Shown here: positions 38,430 through 51,760 of the stretch, in pieces
Numbering within the stretch: the first letter of the stretch is position 1
Layout of the letters: the number at the start of each line of letters is the position of its first letter
NCBI GenBank assembly: GCA_977017645.1
Contig: OZ360221.1
Coordinates: 11,966,001-12,030,000 of the forward strand
Direction: 5' to 3'
Length of the DNA: 64,000 nucleotides
Source: Torpedo marmorata
Taxonomy: Eukaryota
Position numbers and translations under genes: made by a program
Notes under the pieces: model-generated
The model's database searches: none
The model's input: the letters and a program-made list of their open reading frames with translations, nothing else
What the model was told of the DNA's origin: nothing

Positions 38430-39708
38430 CAAGATGCAAACCATGGCAAAGGTGGCATGCTTTGGATCTTGGGCAGTCCCTTTACACCTCCACACTTTGC
38501 TCTTGCCATCACTCTGATACAGGTTAATCTTGGTCTCATCTGTCCACAAGACCCTTTTCCAGAATTCTGCAGGCTCTTTTAAATACTTCTTGGCAAACTG
38601 TAATAGAACCATAGAACATTACAGCACAGAAACAGGCCTCTTTGGTCCTTCTAGTCTGTGCCGAAACATTTTTTTTGCCTAGTCCCACTCCCATCCATGG
38701 ACCTGTCCAAATTCCTCTTACCGGTAAATGTTAAAATTGAGCCCGCAATCACCACCTGGCCGTCGTTTCTGTAGCTAACTAGTGGTTTGCATCTTGCAGT
38801 GTAGCCTCTGCAGATGAGACCAAGATTAACCTGTATCAGAGTGATGGCAAAAGCGAAGTGTGGAGGCGTAAAGGAACTGCCCAAGATCCCAAGCATACTA
38901 CCTTTGTCATGGTTTGCATCTTGCAGTGTAGCCTCTGTACTTCTGTTCATGAAATCTTCTGCAGACAGTAGTCTGCATGGGTTTGCTCCGGGTGTTCTCG
39001 TTTCCTCCCACACTTCAAAACGTACGTGGGTTGAAGGTTAATTGGTGTATTTGGGGGGCACGGGCTCATGGAGCAGAAGGGTCTGTACACCTGCCTCCTG
39101 AAGAGTGTTTCTGATCTGTCGGGCATGTGTTTGGGGATTTTGATGATGAAAATTCTGTCATCAGCAGTGGTGGTCTTCCTTGGAATACCAGTCCCTTTGC
39201 GATTACTGAGCTCACCAGTACGCTCTTCCTTCTTAATGATGTTCCAAACTGTTGATTTTGTAAATCCTAAGGTTTGGGCGATGTCTCTTTCTGTTTTATT
39301 CTTGTTTTTCAGCCTCGTAATGGCTTCTTTGACTTTTATTGGCACAACTATGGTCCTCATGTTGAAAAATGGCAACTACAGACTCCAAAGTTGATCAAAA
39401 GCTTAGAGGCAAACCTAGCTCTCTTATACCTGCACCAACGAAGCAATTAAACATACCTGAGTACTCAAAAACACCTGTGAAGCCAAATGTCCCAAACATT
39501 ATGGTTCCCTGAAATGAGGGAACTATGCATAAAAAGTGCTGTAATTTCTACATGGTCAAACCAAATTGTATACAAATAACCTTGAATAAAATCTGGAATG
39601 TGCACTTTAATTACATGTGAATTGTTTGGACACAAATTTAAAACTGTGGAGCACAGGGACAAATAACGGAAAAAAGTGTCTTTGTCCCAAACATTATGGA
39701 GGGCACTG
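38430..39708 (-). mobile_element. Rearranged Tc1-like transposon remnant
   Basis: TIR CAGTGCCCTCCATAATGTTTGGGAC plus TA at 39708 with an inner direct repeat near 39491. Transposase remnants DIAQTLG..STVWNIIKK..GIPRKTT and WKRVLWTDETKINL. Confidence 0.9.
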
Positions 39709-39831
39709 TAAGTCCCTGATTGAGTTTGTTATTGAGGAGTCTGATGGTGGAGGGGTAGCAGCTATTCCTGAACCTGGTGGTGCGAGTCTTGTGGCACCTA
39801 TCTCCAGAGGCTGTTTCTCCATGCCATTCCT

Positions 39832-40046
39832 NNNNNNNNNNNNNNNNNNNNNNNNNNNNNNNNNNNNNNNNNNNNNNNNNNNNNNNNNNNNNNNNNNNNN
39901 NNNNNNNNNNNNNNNNNNNNNNNNNNNNNNNNNNNNNNNNNNNNNNNNNNNNNNNNNNNNNNNNNNNNNNNNNNNNNNNNNNNNNNNNNNNNNNNNNNNN
40001 NNNNNNNNNNNNNNNNNNNNNNNNNNNNNNNNNNNNNNNNNNNNNN
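39832..40046. other. Assembly gap
   Basis: Run of N. Confidence 1.
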
Positions 40047-40627
40047 ACAAAAGTTGTTTATCTGTTGCAAGTGGGATGGATGTTAATTAAAATGGTGTCA
40101 GCCAGCAAACTGCAGATGAAGTCTGATCAGTAACATTGTTAAGAGTGAAACACGAAAGTCTGCAGGCACTGTGAATGTAGTAAAAACAGAAATGCTGGGG
40201 GAACTCAGCAGGTCTCGTAGCATCCATAGGAGGCCTTCTTCAAGGTATCTTGTATTTGCAACATTGTTAACTAGATTTTCCAGGTCCCATTTCTTATCAC
40301 TGCTCGTTTATAGAAGTTATAGTTACTGAGTGACTGTGACCTTCAGTTCAGACCACTGTGTGACACCTTGTCAAACCGAGGCAGGTGTAACAAATAGGTC
40401 AAGGAGAGCTTTCAGCCCACAAAGACAGTTCAGCTCGTTGGTGCCATTATCCAACTGCACTCACAGCTCTCTATTGTGCTTAATTCCACAATGTAAACTT
40501 TATACCTAAATAGCGGTAATGATTTGGTAATGATTTTTATGAAAGAAAAGGAATTTCTTTGTGAGGACATTCTTGATTTTAATTACATTTACATTAAATA
40601 CAAAACCGTTTTCCTCTTTGAAGTAAT

Positions 40628-40812
40628 AAATACACAGAAATGCTAGAGGAACTCAGCAGGTCAAGCAGCGTCCATAGGAGGTAAAGATATATATCTAAAG
40701 TTTCGGGCCTGCCTGAGCCCTTCTTCAAGGTGCCTACGGACGCTGCTGAGTTCCTCCAGCATTTTTGTGAATTTACTACAATCGCAGCGTCTGCAGAATT
40801 TCTTGTTTCACT
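40628..40812. mobile_element. Penelope pLTR fragment with tail-to-tail inversion
   Basis: AAATGCTAGAGGAACTCAGCAG...CTGCTGAGTTCCTCCAGCATTT. Confidence 0.65.
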
Positions 40813-41099
40813 CCTCTTTGAAGTCATGTTGTCTCGGCTGGTCATCTTAAATTGCTGCCTTCAAAGAATGTAGGCTTTCTCCTGTATCCATTCAGTCCCT
40901 CCTGTATGTAGGTATGCACTGTGTGAGGAGCTGGCCCCAAATGGATGAGGTCGGAAAACAGACCACATGTTCTTGGGGGAGAGTGCAAGGGGTTTATGCA
41001 CACACTGCAGCCAAATGGCTCACATGTCAACCTGCAAAATAGAACTTGTCAATTTAAGATGAAATGCAATTAATTTCTGTCCCACTACAATTGCAAATA

Positions 41100-41801
41100 C
41101 AGTAAAACCCGTGGTATCCGGCACCTATGGGGATTGGTAGATGCCGGATAAGTGTATTTTCCGGTTGCTTGTTGAGACTTACTCTTACAATGCCTAACTA
41201 AGAATAAAGAATAAACAGTTTAAAAGATAAAAAAATACTACACTGTACTTGCACTGATCAAACTTCGCTGGCATAAATATATAAACCTTATTTTACTTTA
41301 TTTTCAGTTACATTCTTTGAAAAAATTTGACTTCCTCCCCCTCCACGGAGCCGCCCGAAAGACGAACAATAACATTATAGATAATTAAACCCCCCGCTCC
41401 CCCCCCCCCAAGTTTACAGATAAAGCCTCAGACCGGGGCGACTCTTACTAAGCAGGGATAAGGAGACACTTTAAGAGAGTCACCCCAATGGCGAGCGACA
41501 TCAACCAGCTCTTCATCCTGGGCAACACCATTGCTGTTTCACACAACTTTATTCGAAAACAGCTGCTACGAGCAAAGCACGACCAAGGCACTCCGCTGGC
41601 TGAATATTTGCTCCCATCTTCGCCAAAGATTTATGTGTTACTTCAGAGAACATTTATTTTTACAATTTTAAACTTGCATTTTTTTACCTATTATTTTATT
41701 CTTATTTAATTTTTTTTAAATGTATTTAGTTTCCTTGGTTTTTTTTTGTCGGTTGCTTGAGGCTGCCGGTTGCTTGAATTCCGGATACCGGGGTTTTACT
41801 G
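41100..41801. mobile_element. Tigger/pogo-type MITE
   Basis: TIR CAGTAAAACCCGTGGTATCCGG...CCGGATACCGGGGTTTTACTG with TA flanks. Confidence 0.85.
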
Positions 41802-42488
41802 TACAAAGAAATAGAGGTTTTCAAGGTGCTTTTGAATTTTGGTCAGCATTCTGGCTGCCCTCCTGGTCTCCCATCTCTGTTTATCCTGTGGCTGTGGTTT
41901 AGAAACCAAGACTGAATCAAGGAGAGATGCAGCATGGAAACAGTCACATTAATCCAAGTCGGGCAACGTGTAACTCAATTCATTCTCCTCATTACACAGA
42001 CGCACATTTCTCCCCCCCGCCCCCCATATATTTGTATTTATCCAATTCATTTCTGTATTGTGGCGGATGAGATAATCATTTCACTTCTTGTGTGTGTGTA
42101 CTGAATATGTGAATTTAGCCCACTCAAAGCTCTTAGTAATTCAGCTCTGAAGAGTATTGCACATGGCTGCAGAGCAGATGAAGGTGCAGGAAATGGAATA
42201 AGGATCGCATTGTCGTGGGGACAGTGCTCTTCGTGAATTGAGGCTGAGGCAAATGTGTGGCTTTGAGTGAAGGGAGCTTGAACTGGAACCTTGAAATGTT
42301 GACGATGTAAACGTACAGATCAGGAGAAGCCAGAGAAAGTGTTTGCAGGGAATTGGAACCGTGTAGCTGTTTGTGAATGTGTGGCATGTACTTGGCGAGT
42401 ATTGAGAGCTAATAGGTATGTGGAATGTTAAAATAATGTATGAATATAGGTGTTGACTGTGAATGGTTTAAAGAATATTGAGAGAATA

Positions 42489-42660
42489 GGGCGGCACAGT
42501 TAGTGTAGCATTTAGTGTAACAGCACCAACAATCTGGGTTCGAATCCGGTGCTGACTGTAAGGAGTTTGTATGTTCTCCCTTGACTGCATGGGTTTCCTC
42601 CAGGTACTCTGGTTTTCTCCCACGTTCCAAAGATGTACGGGTCAGTAGGTAAATTGGTCA
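42489..42660 (+). mobile_element. V-SINE, older copy
   Basis: Head and V core present. Confidence 0.75.
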
Positions 42661-42789
42661 GCTCAGTGGATAATATTGTATTTGCTTCAACCAAAAGTAT
42701 GATTGCAAATAGGATTAAAGTAGGAAAAATATTTTAAAAAGTCATAACTCAGGGCTGTTTATGTGAATGCAGGGATCATTCATAACACG

Positions 42790-45140
42790 TTTGGTACAAA
42801 TGAAGTAGGTGCAATCAATAAGTTTGCAGATGACCTGAAAATTGCTGTCATTGATAGTGAGGAGGTTAGTCATAGGCTGCAAGATGCTATTGATCAATTG
42901 GTAGGATGGGCATAACAATGGCAGCTGGAATTTAATCCTGATGAGTGGGAGGTGATGAACTTTGGGAAAACTAATAAGGTTATGACTTGTGCAATGAATT
43001 GTAGGGCCCTGAAAAATGGATGAACAGAGTAAGAGGATCTTGGTGTACGTCCTGAAGGTGGCAGCGCAGGCAAATAAGATCAGTGAAGGAGGCACACGGG
43101 ATATTTGCTAACATTAGAGTGAGGTTATGGTACAACTTTAGAAAACATTGGTTTGTTTCTGCTGGAGTACTGTGTATGGTTCTGGTTGCACAGTGACCTG
43201 TTCTTGACAGTGTGGAAGAACAGAGGGACCTTGGGGTCCAAATCCATAGAACTCTCAAGGTCGCCGTGCAGGTTGATAGGGTAGTTACGAAGGCTTATGG
43301 TATGCTGGCCTTCATTAGTGGGGGATTGAGTTCAAGAGTCCTCTACATTTTAATCTCTGGTTAGACCACACTTGGAATGTTGTGTTCAGTTCTCATTGCC
43401 TCATTACAGGAAGGATGTGGAAGCTCTGGAGAGGGTGCAGAGGAAATTTACCAGGATGTTGCCTGGATTGGAGAACGTGTCTTATGAGGCAAGGTTAACA
43501 GAGCTGGGGCTTTTCTCTTTGAAGCGAAGAAGGATGAGAGGTAATAGAGACTTAATAGAGGTCTTCAGTTTTACGAGATACATAGATCGGGTGGACAGCT
43601 GGTACCTTTTTCCTGGTGCGAGAGTAGTAAACACCATCTGTATAAGGTGAGGGGAGGAAAGTTTAGGGGAGACGTCAGGGGTAAGTTTTTTTTACACAGA
43701 GAGGAGTGGGCACTTGGAATGCATATCCAGGGATGCAGGTGGGGGTTGGTACAATAGGGTCTTTTAAACGGCTCTTAGGCACATGTTTGCAAGAAAAATG
43801 GAGGTTTATGGGTGTGAGATAGGGAAGGTTTTGTTTGTTGAGTAGGTTTATAGAGATCAGCACAACATCATGGGGCGAAGGGCCTGTACTGTGCTGGAAT
43901 GTTCTATGTTCTAAGTAAAGAGTAGGTCCCTGGAAAGTGTTGTAAAACAGAGAGACCAAGGACCACAGGTTCATAGTTCCTTGAAAGTGGTGATACAGTG
44001 TGGTGAAAAAGGCATTTTGCATGCTTGCATTCATTGGTCAGGGAATTGTGAGTACAGGAGATGGATGGACTCGTGTTACAACTGTACAAGATGTTGGTGA
44101 GACAACACTTGTCGGATTGTGCGCAGATTTGATCACCCAACTTCAGGAAAGATGCTAAGCTGGAAAAGATTCACGAGAACGTCAGTGGGACTGACAGGCT
44201 TGAGTTAGAAGGAGAGGCTGGATAGACTAGGACTTTTCTCCCTGGAGTTGAGCAGGGAGGAATCTTGGAGGGAGGTACTTGGATTATTTTTATTAATTTT
44301 AAAAAAAAATTTAGACATACAGCACGGTAACAGGCCATTTCGGCCCACGAGTCCGTGCCGCCCAATTTACACCCAATTAACCTACAACTCCTGGTACATT
44401 TCAAATGTGGTGGGAGGAAACCGGAGCCCCTGGGGAAAACCCACGCAGACACGGGGAGAACGTACAAACTCCTTACAGACAGCGTGGGATTCGAACCGCG
44501 GTCCGATCGCTGGCGCTGTAAAGGCGTTGTGCTAACCACTACGCCAACCGTGCCGCCCCAAATAAAGGGACAGAGATATTATGAGGGACCGAGATAAGAT
44601 AAATAGACTCCCAGGGTAGGGGAGTCTAAAACCTGAGGGCATAGATTTCAGGAGAGAGGGGAAAGATTTAAAACAGACTTGAGGGCTACTTTTTTCGCAC
44701 ACCAGGTGGTAGCTATGTGGAACAAGCTGCCAGAGGATGTGGTAGAAGCAGGTACAACAGCAGGCTTTAAAAGACATTTAGCATAGTGCACGGACAGGGA
44801 AGATTTTGAGGGATATGGGCCAAACACAGGCAATTGGGACTATCTTCGGTATACAACTTGGTCATTGTGGGTATGCTGGGCCAAAGGGCCTGCTACCATG
44901 CTGTAAAACTCTGACTCTATGTTCTTGATTAGCCAGGGCATCAAAGGTTATGGGGAGAAGGCCGGGCTGTGGGGCTGAGTGGGAAAATGGATCAGCTCAT
45001 GATTAAATAGAGGGGCAGACTTGATGGGATGAATAGCCTATTTCTGCTCCTATGTCTTATAGTCTGACTTTAAGAAGGATGTGATGTCCCTCGAGGATAT
45101 TCACCAGGATGTGCCTTGGATGGCCTGTTTCAATTATGAA
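42790..45140 (+). mobile_element. Stack of CR1 fragments
   Basis: KFADD remnant, ECCVQFSLPHYRKDVEALERVQRKFTRMLPG, several tails. Confidence 0.8.
44305..44558 (-). mobile_element. V-SINE (HE1-like)
   Basis: Full-length reverse copy. Confidence 0.88.
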
Positions 45141-45144
45141 GAGA

Positions 45145-45321
45145 GTGAAACACGAAAGTCTGAAAACGCTATGATTGTGGTAAAAACACAGAAGTGCTGT
45201 CGGAATTCAGCAGCGTCCATAGGAGGTAAAGAAGAGCTCGCTCAGGCCCGAAACATCGGTTATATATCTTTAATTCGTATGGACGCTGCAAGACCTGCTG
45301 AGTTCCTCTGGCACTTCTGTG
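45145..45321. mobile_element. Inverted Penelope pLTR insertion with 15-bp TSD
   Basis: TCAATTATGAAGAGA at 45130-44 and 45322-36, with internal inverted arms. Confidence 0.75.
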
Positions 45322-45344
45322 TCAATTATGAAGAGAAACTGGTA

Positions 45345-46555
45345 ATCGCCTATCGCCACAATCGCTCCACAGCAAATGCAATATCGCTGGCTCTCCACTC
45401 AGCTCTGGACCACCTCGAAAACAGCAATTCATACATACGGTTGCTCTTCATCGACTACAGCTCGGCCTTCAATACCATTATTCCCTCAGTGCTGGTCAAG
45501 AAGCTACAAACTCCAGGCCTCTGTACCCCCCTCTGCAACTGGATCCTTGACTTTCTCATCGGAAGACCACAGTCAGTACGAATTGGAAATAACGTCTCGT
45601 CCTCACTGATTATCAACACAGGCGCACCCCAAGGATGCGTGCTTAGTCCACTGCTCTACTTGTTATACACTCATGACTGTGTGGCCAGGCACAATTCCAA
45701 TGCCATATACAAGTTTGCCGATGACACCACAGTTGTTGGCAGAATAACAAACGGCAATAAGGAAGCGTACAGGAGGGAGATAGATCAGCTCGTTGAATGG
45801 TGTAATGGCAACAACCTTGAGCTCAACGTCAGCAAAACCAAGGAGATGATTGTGGACTTCAGGAGGAAGTCAGGGGAACACGACCCAGTCCTCATCGAAG
45901 GCTCAGTCGTGGAGAGGGTCAAGAACTTCAAATTCCTGGATGTCAACATCTCCGAGGATCTGTCCTGGAGCATCCACGTGGATGCAATCACAAAGAAGGC
46001 TCGTCAGCAGCTATACTTTGTAAGGTGTTTGCGGAGATTCGGTATGTCACCAAAGACTCTCGTAAACTTCTACAGGTGTACCGTGGAGAGCATTCTGGCT
46101 GGTTGCATCACTGCCTGGTATGGCGGCGCCAACTCCCAGGACAAGAGTAAACTCCAGAAGGTTGTTAACTCGGCCTGTGACATCACAGGCACCAAACTTC
46201 ACTCCATCGAGGACATCTACATGAGGCGGTGTCTTAAAAAAGCAGCCTCTATCCTCAAGGACCCCCACCACCCAGGCCATGCCCTCTTCACTCTGCTTCC
46301 ATCGGGAAAAAGGTACAGGAGCCTAAAGACGAGCAACTCAACGGCACAAGGACAGCTTCTTCCCCGCTGCCATCAGATTCCTGAATAATCAATGAACCAA
46401 AGACACTGCCTTACTTTTCGTGCACTATTGTTTATAATTTTTTATAGTAATGTCGTTAGATGGTTAATTTGAATGTTAATTGCACTATGATGCTGCCTCA
46501 AAACACCGAATTTCATGACTTGTTCATGACAATAAATTCTGATTCTGATTCTGAT
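45345..46555 (+). mobile_element. Young 5'-truncated Rex1/Babar LINE (RT nearly intact)
   Basis: [47 protein letters not shown], (ATTCTG)n tail. Confidence 0.93.
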
Positions 46556-46559
46556 TTTA

Positions 46560-48515
46560 ATATCTGTAATCAGAGTTATAGGTTTTATGGAAGGTGTCTT
46601 AAACTAGTGGGCAGAGGTTTAGAATGAAGTTTTAAGGGGATCTGGGGAAGATTGTTTTCACCCAGATGTTGGTTGGAGCAGGTGGTGGAGGGAAGGTCCT
46701 CTCACAGCATTTAAATAGCAGTTGGGACAAGCTCCTGAATTGACATAATACAGTAGGCTATAGGGATTGCTATATAGATAGGTGCTTCGTGATTAGCATG
46801 GACAGGGAGGGCCAAAGGGTCTGTTTTTTTTTGTGCAAAATGTATTTTTGACAATGATAGATGAATTAGTGGCATGAATAGGGAAAGTCGAGTGAATGTT
46901 GTAATCGTTATACAGGCATGGTTACAGGATGGCCAAAGCAGGAAACTAAATATTCCTCAGAAGTTGACATATTTGAAAAATAGCCAAATGGAAAAGGAGG
47001 AAGGGATTTTTTTTTTGGTGGGGGAGATGTCAGTGAGGTGGGAGCCTTGTCATTGGTGGATGATAGCTTTGATGGATCTTCACACAGAGAGTGGTGGGGG
47101 TGTGGAACGAGCTGCCAGCTGAAGTGGTGAATGCGGGCTCAATTTTGACATTTAAGAAAAATTTGGACAGGTACATGGATGGGAGGGGTATGGAGGGCTA
47201 TGGACTGGGTGCAGGTCAGTGGGACTAGGCAGAATAATAGTTCGGCACAGACTAGACGGGCCTGTTTTCTGAGCTGTAATGTTCTATGGCTCTATGGTTC
47301 TATAACAAAAGGTACCAATGTTGAGGAATGCCATGGGGCAGAAAATATGAGTGGGAGTTGTCTATCAACTGCTGAAAAGCTGAATTTGTTGTTCACTTAA
47401 GGAATAAAGGGGGCTGGTAACAAATATACACAGCTCCCAGTAATCAAAGAGGAAGAGGGGTGTGATTGGGGTCCTTATCTGGATCAGACAAATAGGCAAA
47501 GGCAATCCAAAAGAGCATTTGATGAATACATGCAGGGCGTCTCAAAGGAATACATTCAAGATGGGTTCCAGAACAATACATTATGGCAGCAGACTATTTT
47601 GGATTTGGTAATGGGAAAATGAGACTGAATTAATTAGTAATCTCAGTAAAAGGCCCTCTGGGAAAGAGTAATCTTATTGTGATGTAATTTCACATTCAAG
47701 TTAGAGTGACAAATTTAACAACAAAACTCGAGTCTTAAATAAGGCAATTACTTTGGTATGAGGGAGACTTGGCTAAGACGGATTGGAAAATTAGATTAAA
47801 AGGTATGGTCGATCAGCAGTGGCACATGTTTAAAGAGTTATTTTAGAATTCTCAACTAATGCATATTCCATTGAGAAATAAAGACTGGGGGAAAATGATC
47901 CATCCATGGCTAACTAAAAAAAGGTTAATGATATTACAGTGAAAGAAAATTCTTATAAAATTGTAAAGAATAGTAGTGGGTTTGAGCACTGGGTGGATTT
48001 TAGAAACTAGAAATTGATAGAGGGGGAAGTAGAGTACGAGAGTGTGCTGCAAATAAAAATAAAGGCCAGAGTTTACGGCAGTGTACGTGCAGGGAGAGGC
48101 TGAGACATGGAATTAATCATAAGGAATGGGGAAATGGCAGAGATGTTAACCAAAAGATTTTTTTTCAGTGGTGGTCTTAATGGTGACAAAAGAAGCATTC
48201 CTAAAGTAGTAAGTAACCCGGGAGCAAGAGAGAGTGGAAAACTTGAAACGATTAATGGCATTAAAAGAAAAAGAACGAGGCCAACTGATTGGACGAAGGC
48301 TGACCCTTGGACTTGATGGGCTGTGGCCTCGTGTTTCAGAAGATGCAGCAGCAGGGAAAGGGGATTCTTCGGTTGTCCCCTTCCAAAATTTCCCAGATTC
48401 TGTGAAGTTTCCATTGGATTGAAAAATGGAAGGAGGGAGGGAGGGAGGAAACATGCCAGTCAATCTGACATCAGTTGTCAGAAAATCGCATGAAACTGTT
48501 ATTAAGGAAGTGGTC
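46560..48515 (+). mobile_element. Degenerate CR1 fragments
   Basis: Tail at 47080-47300 and eroded EN/RT remnants. Confidence 0.6.
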
Positions 48516-48689
48516 AAAGAGAGTGAACCACAGACACTACCTCACTTTTTTCTCTTCTTTAGCATTAATTATTTATTTTTAAATAGTTTATTTACAGAAA
48601 TGTAATTTATAGCAATTTTTGCACCGGTAATGCACAATACTGCTGCCACAAAACAACACATTTCATGACAATAAATGTGATTCTGATTG

Positions 48690-49830
48690 TGACCCTCAAT
48701 TCCGTCCTGACCCACTTAGAGAGAACGATGCCTCATACACCAGTCTATTGTTCATTGACTTAAGCTCAGCGTTCAACACGTCATACCTCAGAGATTGGCG
48801 CATAAACTGTCCTTGCTGGGACTCAACACCGCTCTCTGCAACTGGATTCTGGACATGTTGACCGAGAGACCACACTCCATCTGGGTTGGTAGCAAAATCT
48901 CAAGTCCCATCACGATGAGCATTGGCACACGTCGGGGCTGTGTGCTCAGCCCGCTACTGTTCACACTCAGCCCACTACCGTTGACTCACGACTGCACTGC
49001 CAGATTCAATTCAAACAGAATCATCAAGTTTGCGGATGATACAACAGTAGTAGTTGGCCTCATCTGCAAAAATGACGAGTCGGCTTACAGAGAGGATGTT
49101 GGATGGCTCATAAAATGGTGCGAGAACAACAACCTGAGCCTTGACATGGACAAGACAAAGGAGGTGTTTGTGGACTCCAGGAGGACGATGGTCGACCATT
49201 CTCCATTAATGGTTCCGTCATGGAGAGAGTGGAGAGCACAAAGTTCCTTGGTGTGCATATAAAGCTTGACCCATCCTGGATGCACAACACCTCCTCATTA
49301 GTCAGGAAGGCACAGCAATGCCCACTTCCTAAGGACGTTGAGGAGGGCAAGGCTACCAGCCCCCATCTTGACAACTTTTTTCAGTAGCACATTTGAGAGT
49401 GTCCTGTCTGGCTGCAACATTGTGTAATATGGTAGCTGCAAAGCATCAGACCATACAGAGGATCAGCAAAACGCCTGTGGTCTCCCTTTCCTTATTGATG
49501 ACATTTACCAGGAGTGTTGCATAAATAGGGCTCAAATAATTGTAGAAGACCCTTTCCATCTAGCACACAGTATCTTTAACCCACTGCCATCATGAAGGAG
49601 GTGCAGAAACATCAAAATCAGGACTGCCAGGATGGGGAATAGCTTCTTCCCTCAGGCTGTGAGATTGATGGACAGAATCCTGTAACTGAGTAAATCATCC
49701 CAAATATTTATAAATATTTAACGTGTATCTTTATGTATATATGTGATTATTATGTGCTGTGTATTGTATGTGTGTGCACCATGGTCCAGAGAAACGCTGT
49801 TTCATCTGGTTGTGTATATTTACATTCAAA
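48690..49830 (+). mobile_element. Rex1/Babar LINE, older subfamily
   Basis: [29 protein letters not shown]. Confidence 0.88.
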
Positions 49831-49904
49831 TGTTAATTTGAATTGTTAATTTTTGTTAATTGTTAATTTGAATTGTTAATTTGGAATGTTAATTTACATT
49901 CAAA

Positions 49905-51760
49905 TGTTCCTTGACTTTCTCATCGGAAGACCACAGTCAGTACGAATTGGAAACAACGTCTCCTCCTCACTGATTTTTTTAAATATTTTATTTTTCATTT
50001 TCAGAAATTTTAAAAAAACATTAATAAACAATCACGAAATATACACAAATTTCAAACGTGTCAAGTACAGAATACATTTGACCCCTTAACCCTCCCTCCA
50101 TCACCCAAAAAGAATAAAACCGAGACAAAAGAAAAGGAAAAGAAAACTAAACGTACCGTCAGCGCTTACAACTTTTGTCCAAGTATTTGGGGATGACACA
50201 CCCTTAAAATAATTATATCTTACAGTATACCGTACCTCAGGGGTTTGATTACAACTGAGCACCCATGTGCTCCAAGTACGGTCGCCACACTTTAACAAAG
50301 TTATCATACTTATTTCTAAGACTATATGTAATTTTTTCCATGGGGATACAGCTGTACATTTCCGTAGACCATCGTGTGATGAGAAGGGGGGAGTCGGACT
50401 TCCAAGTAACTGCAATGCATTTTTTTGCTACGGACAGAGCAACTTTTACAAATTGAAATTGGAATTTAGATAATCTGTTGCTTATGTCCATGAGGTTTCC
50501 TAAAAGATACAACTCCAGGTCTAGTGGAAAGGCTACTCCCGTAATCCTAGTTAGTACGTTAGCTAAATCATGCCAAAAGGGCCTTACCTTTGCACATGAC
50601 CAGGTGGAGTGTAAAAAGGATCCAATTTCTATCCCACACCTGAAACACATTTCTGATATTTCTGATTTTGACGTGTAGTTTTTGTGGTGTGAGATGTAAT
50701 TGGTGTAGGAAATTATATTGAACCAGCCTATATCTGTCATTAATGACTGCTGTCATGCTGTCTAAACACCAGTCTGACCAGCATCGTTCGTGAATTGTTA
50801 TGCCCAAGTCCGACCTCCTCCTCACTGATTATCAACACAGGCGCACCCCAAGGATGCGTGCTTAGTCCACTGCTCTACTCATTATACACCCATGACTGTG
50901 TGGCCAGGCACAATTCCAATGACATCTACAAATTTGCCGATGACACCACAGTTGTCGGCAGAATCACAAACGGCAATGAGGAAGCGTACAGGAGGGAGAT
51001 AGATCAGCTCGTTGAATGGTGTAATGACAACAACCTTGCGCTCAACGTCAGCAAAACCAAGGAGATGATTGTGGACTTCAAGAGGAAGTCAGGGGAACAC
51101 GACCCAGTCCTCATCGAGGGCTCAGTAGTGGAGAGGTTCAAGAACTTCAAATTCCTGGGTGTCAACATCTCCAAGGATCTGTCCTGGAGCCTCCACATTG
51201 ATGCAATCACAAAGAAGGCTCGCCAGCAGCTATACTTTGTGAGGTGTCTGAGGAGATTCGGTATGTCACCGAAGACTCTCGTAAACCTCTACAGGTGTAC
51301 CGTGGAGAGCATTCTAGCTGGTTGCATCACTGCCTGGTATGGAGGCGCCAACTCTCAGGACTAGAATAAACTCCAGAGGGTTGTTAACTTGGCCTGTGAC
51401 ATCACAGGCACCAGACTTCACTCCATTGAGGACATCTACATGAGGCGGTGTCTTAAAAAAAGCAGTCTCTATCCTCAAAGGCCCCCACCACCGAGGCCAT
51501 GCCCTCTTCACTCTGCTACTATCGGGAAAAAGGTAAAGGAGCCTAAAGACGAGCACTCAACGGCACAAGAACAGCTTCTTCCCTGCTGCCATCAGATTCC
51601 TTAATAATCAATGAACCAAAGACACTTTTCGTGCACTATTATTTATATATATTTTTTATAGTAATGTCGTAAGATGGTTATAATATGAATGTTTGCACTA
51701 TGATGCTGCCGCAAAACACCGAATTTCATGACTTGTTCATGACAATAAATTCTGATTCTG
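49905..51760 (+). mobile_element. Rex1/Babar LINE split by an L1
   Basis: Near-identical to the 45345 copy and rejoins across 49976-50814. Confidence 0.9.
49976..50814 (-). mobile_element. 5'-truncated L1/Tx1 LINE
   Basis: CFRC..HSTWSC..EKITYSLRNK, 16-bp TSD CTCCTCCTCACTGATT (49960-75, 50815-30). Confidence 0.92.

Noticed and set aside
45081-46388. 435-aa ORF as a novel RT gene
   Set aside because: Accidental in-frame fusion of a CR1 remnant, a Penelope insert and a truncated Rex RT, frameshifted near the end.
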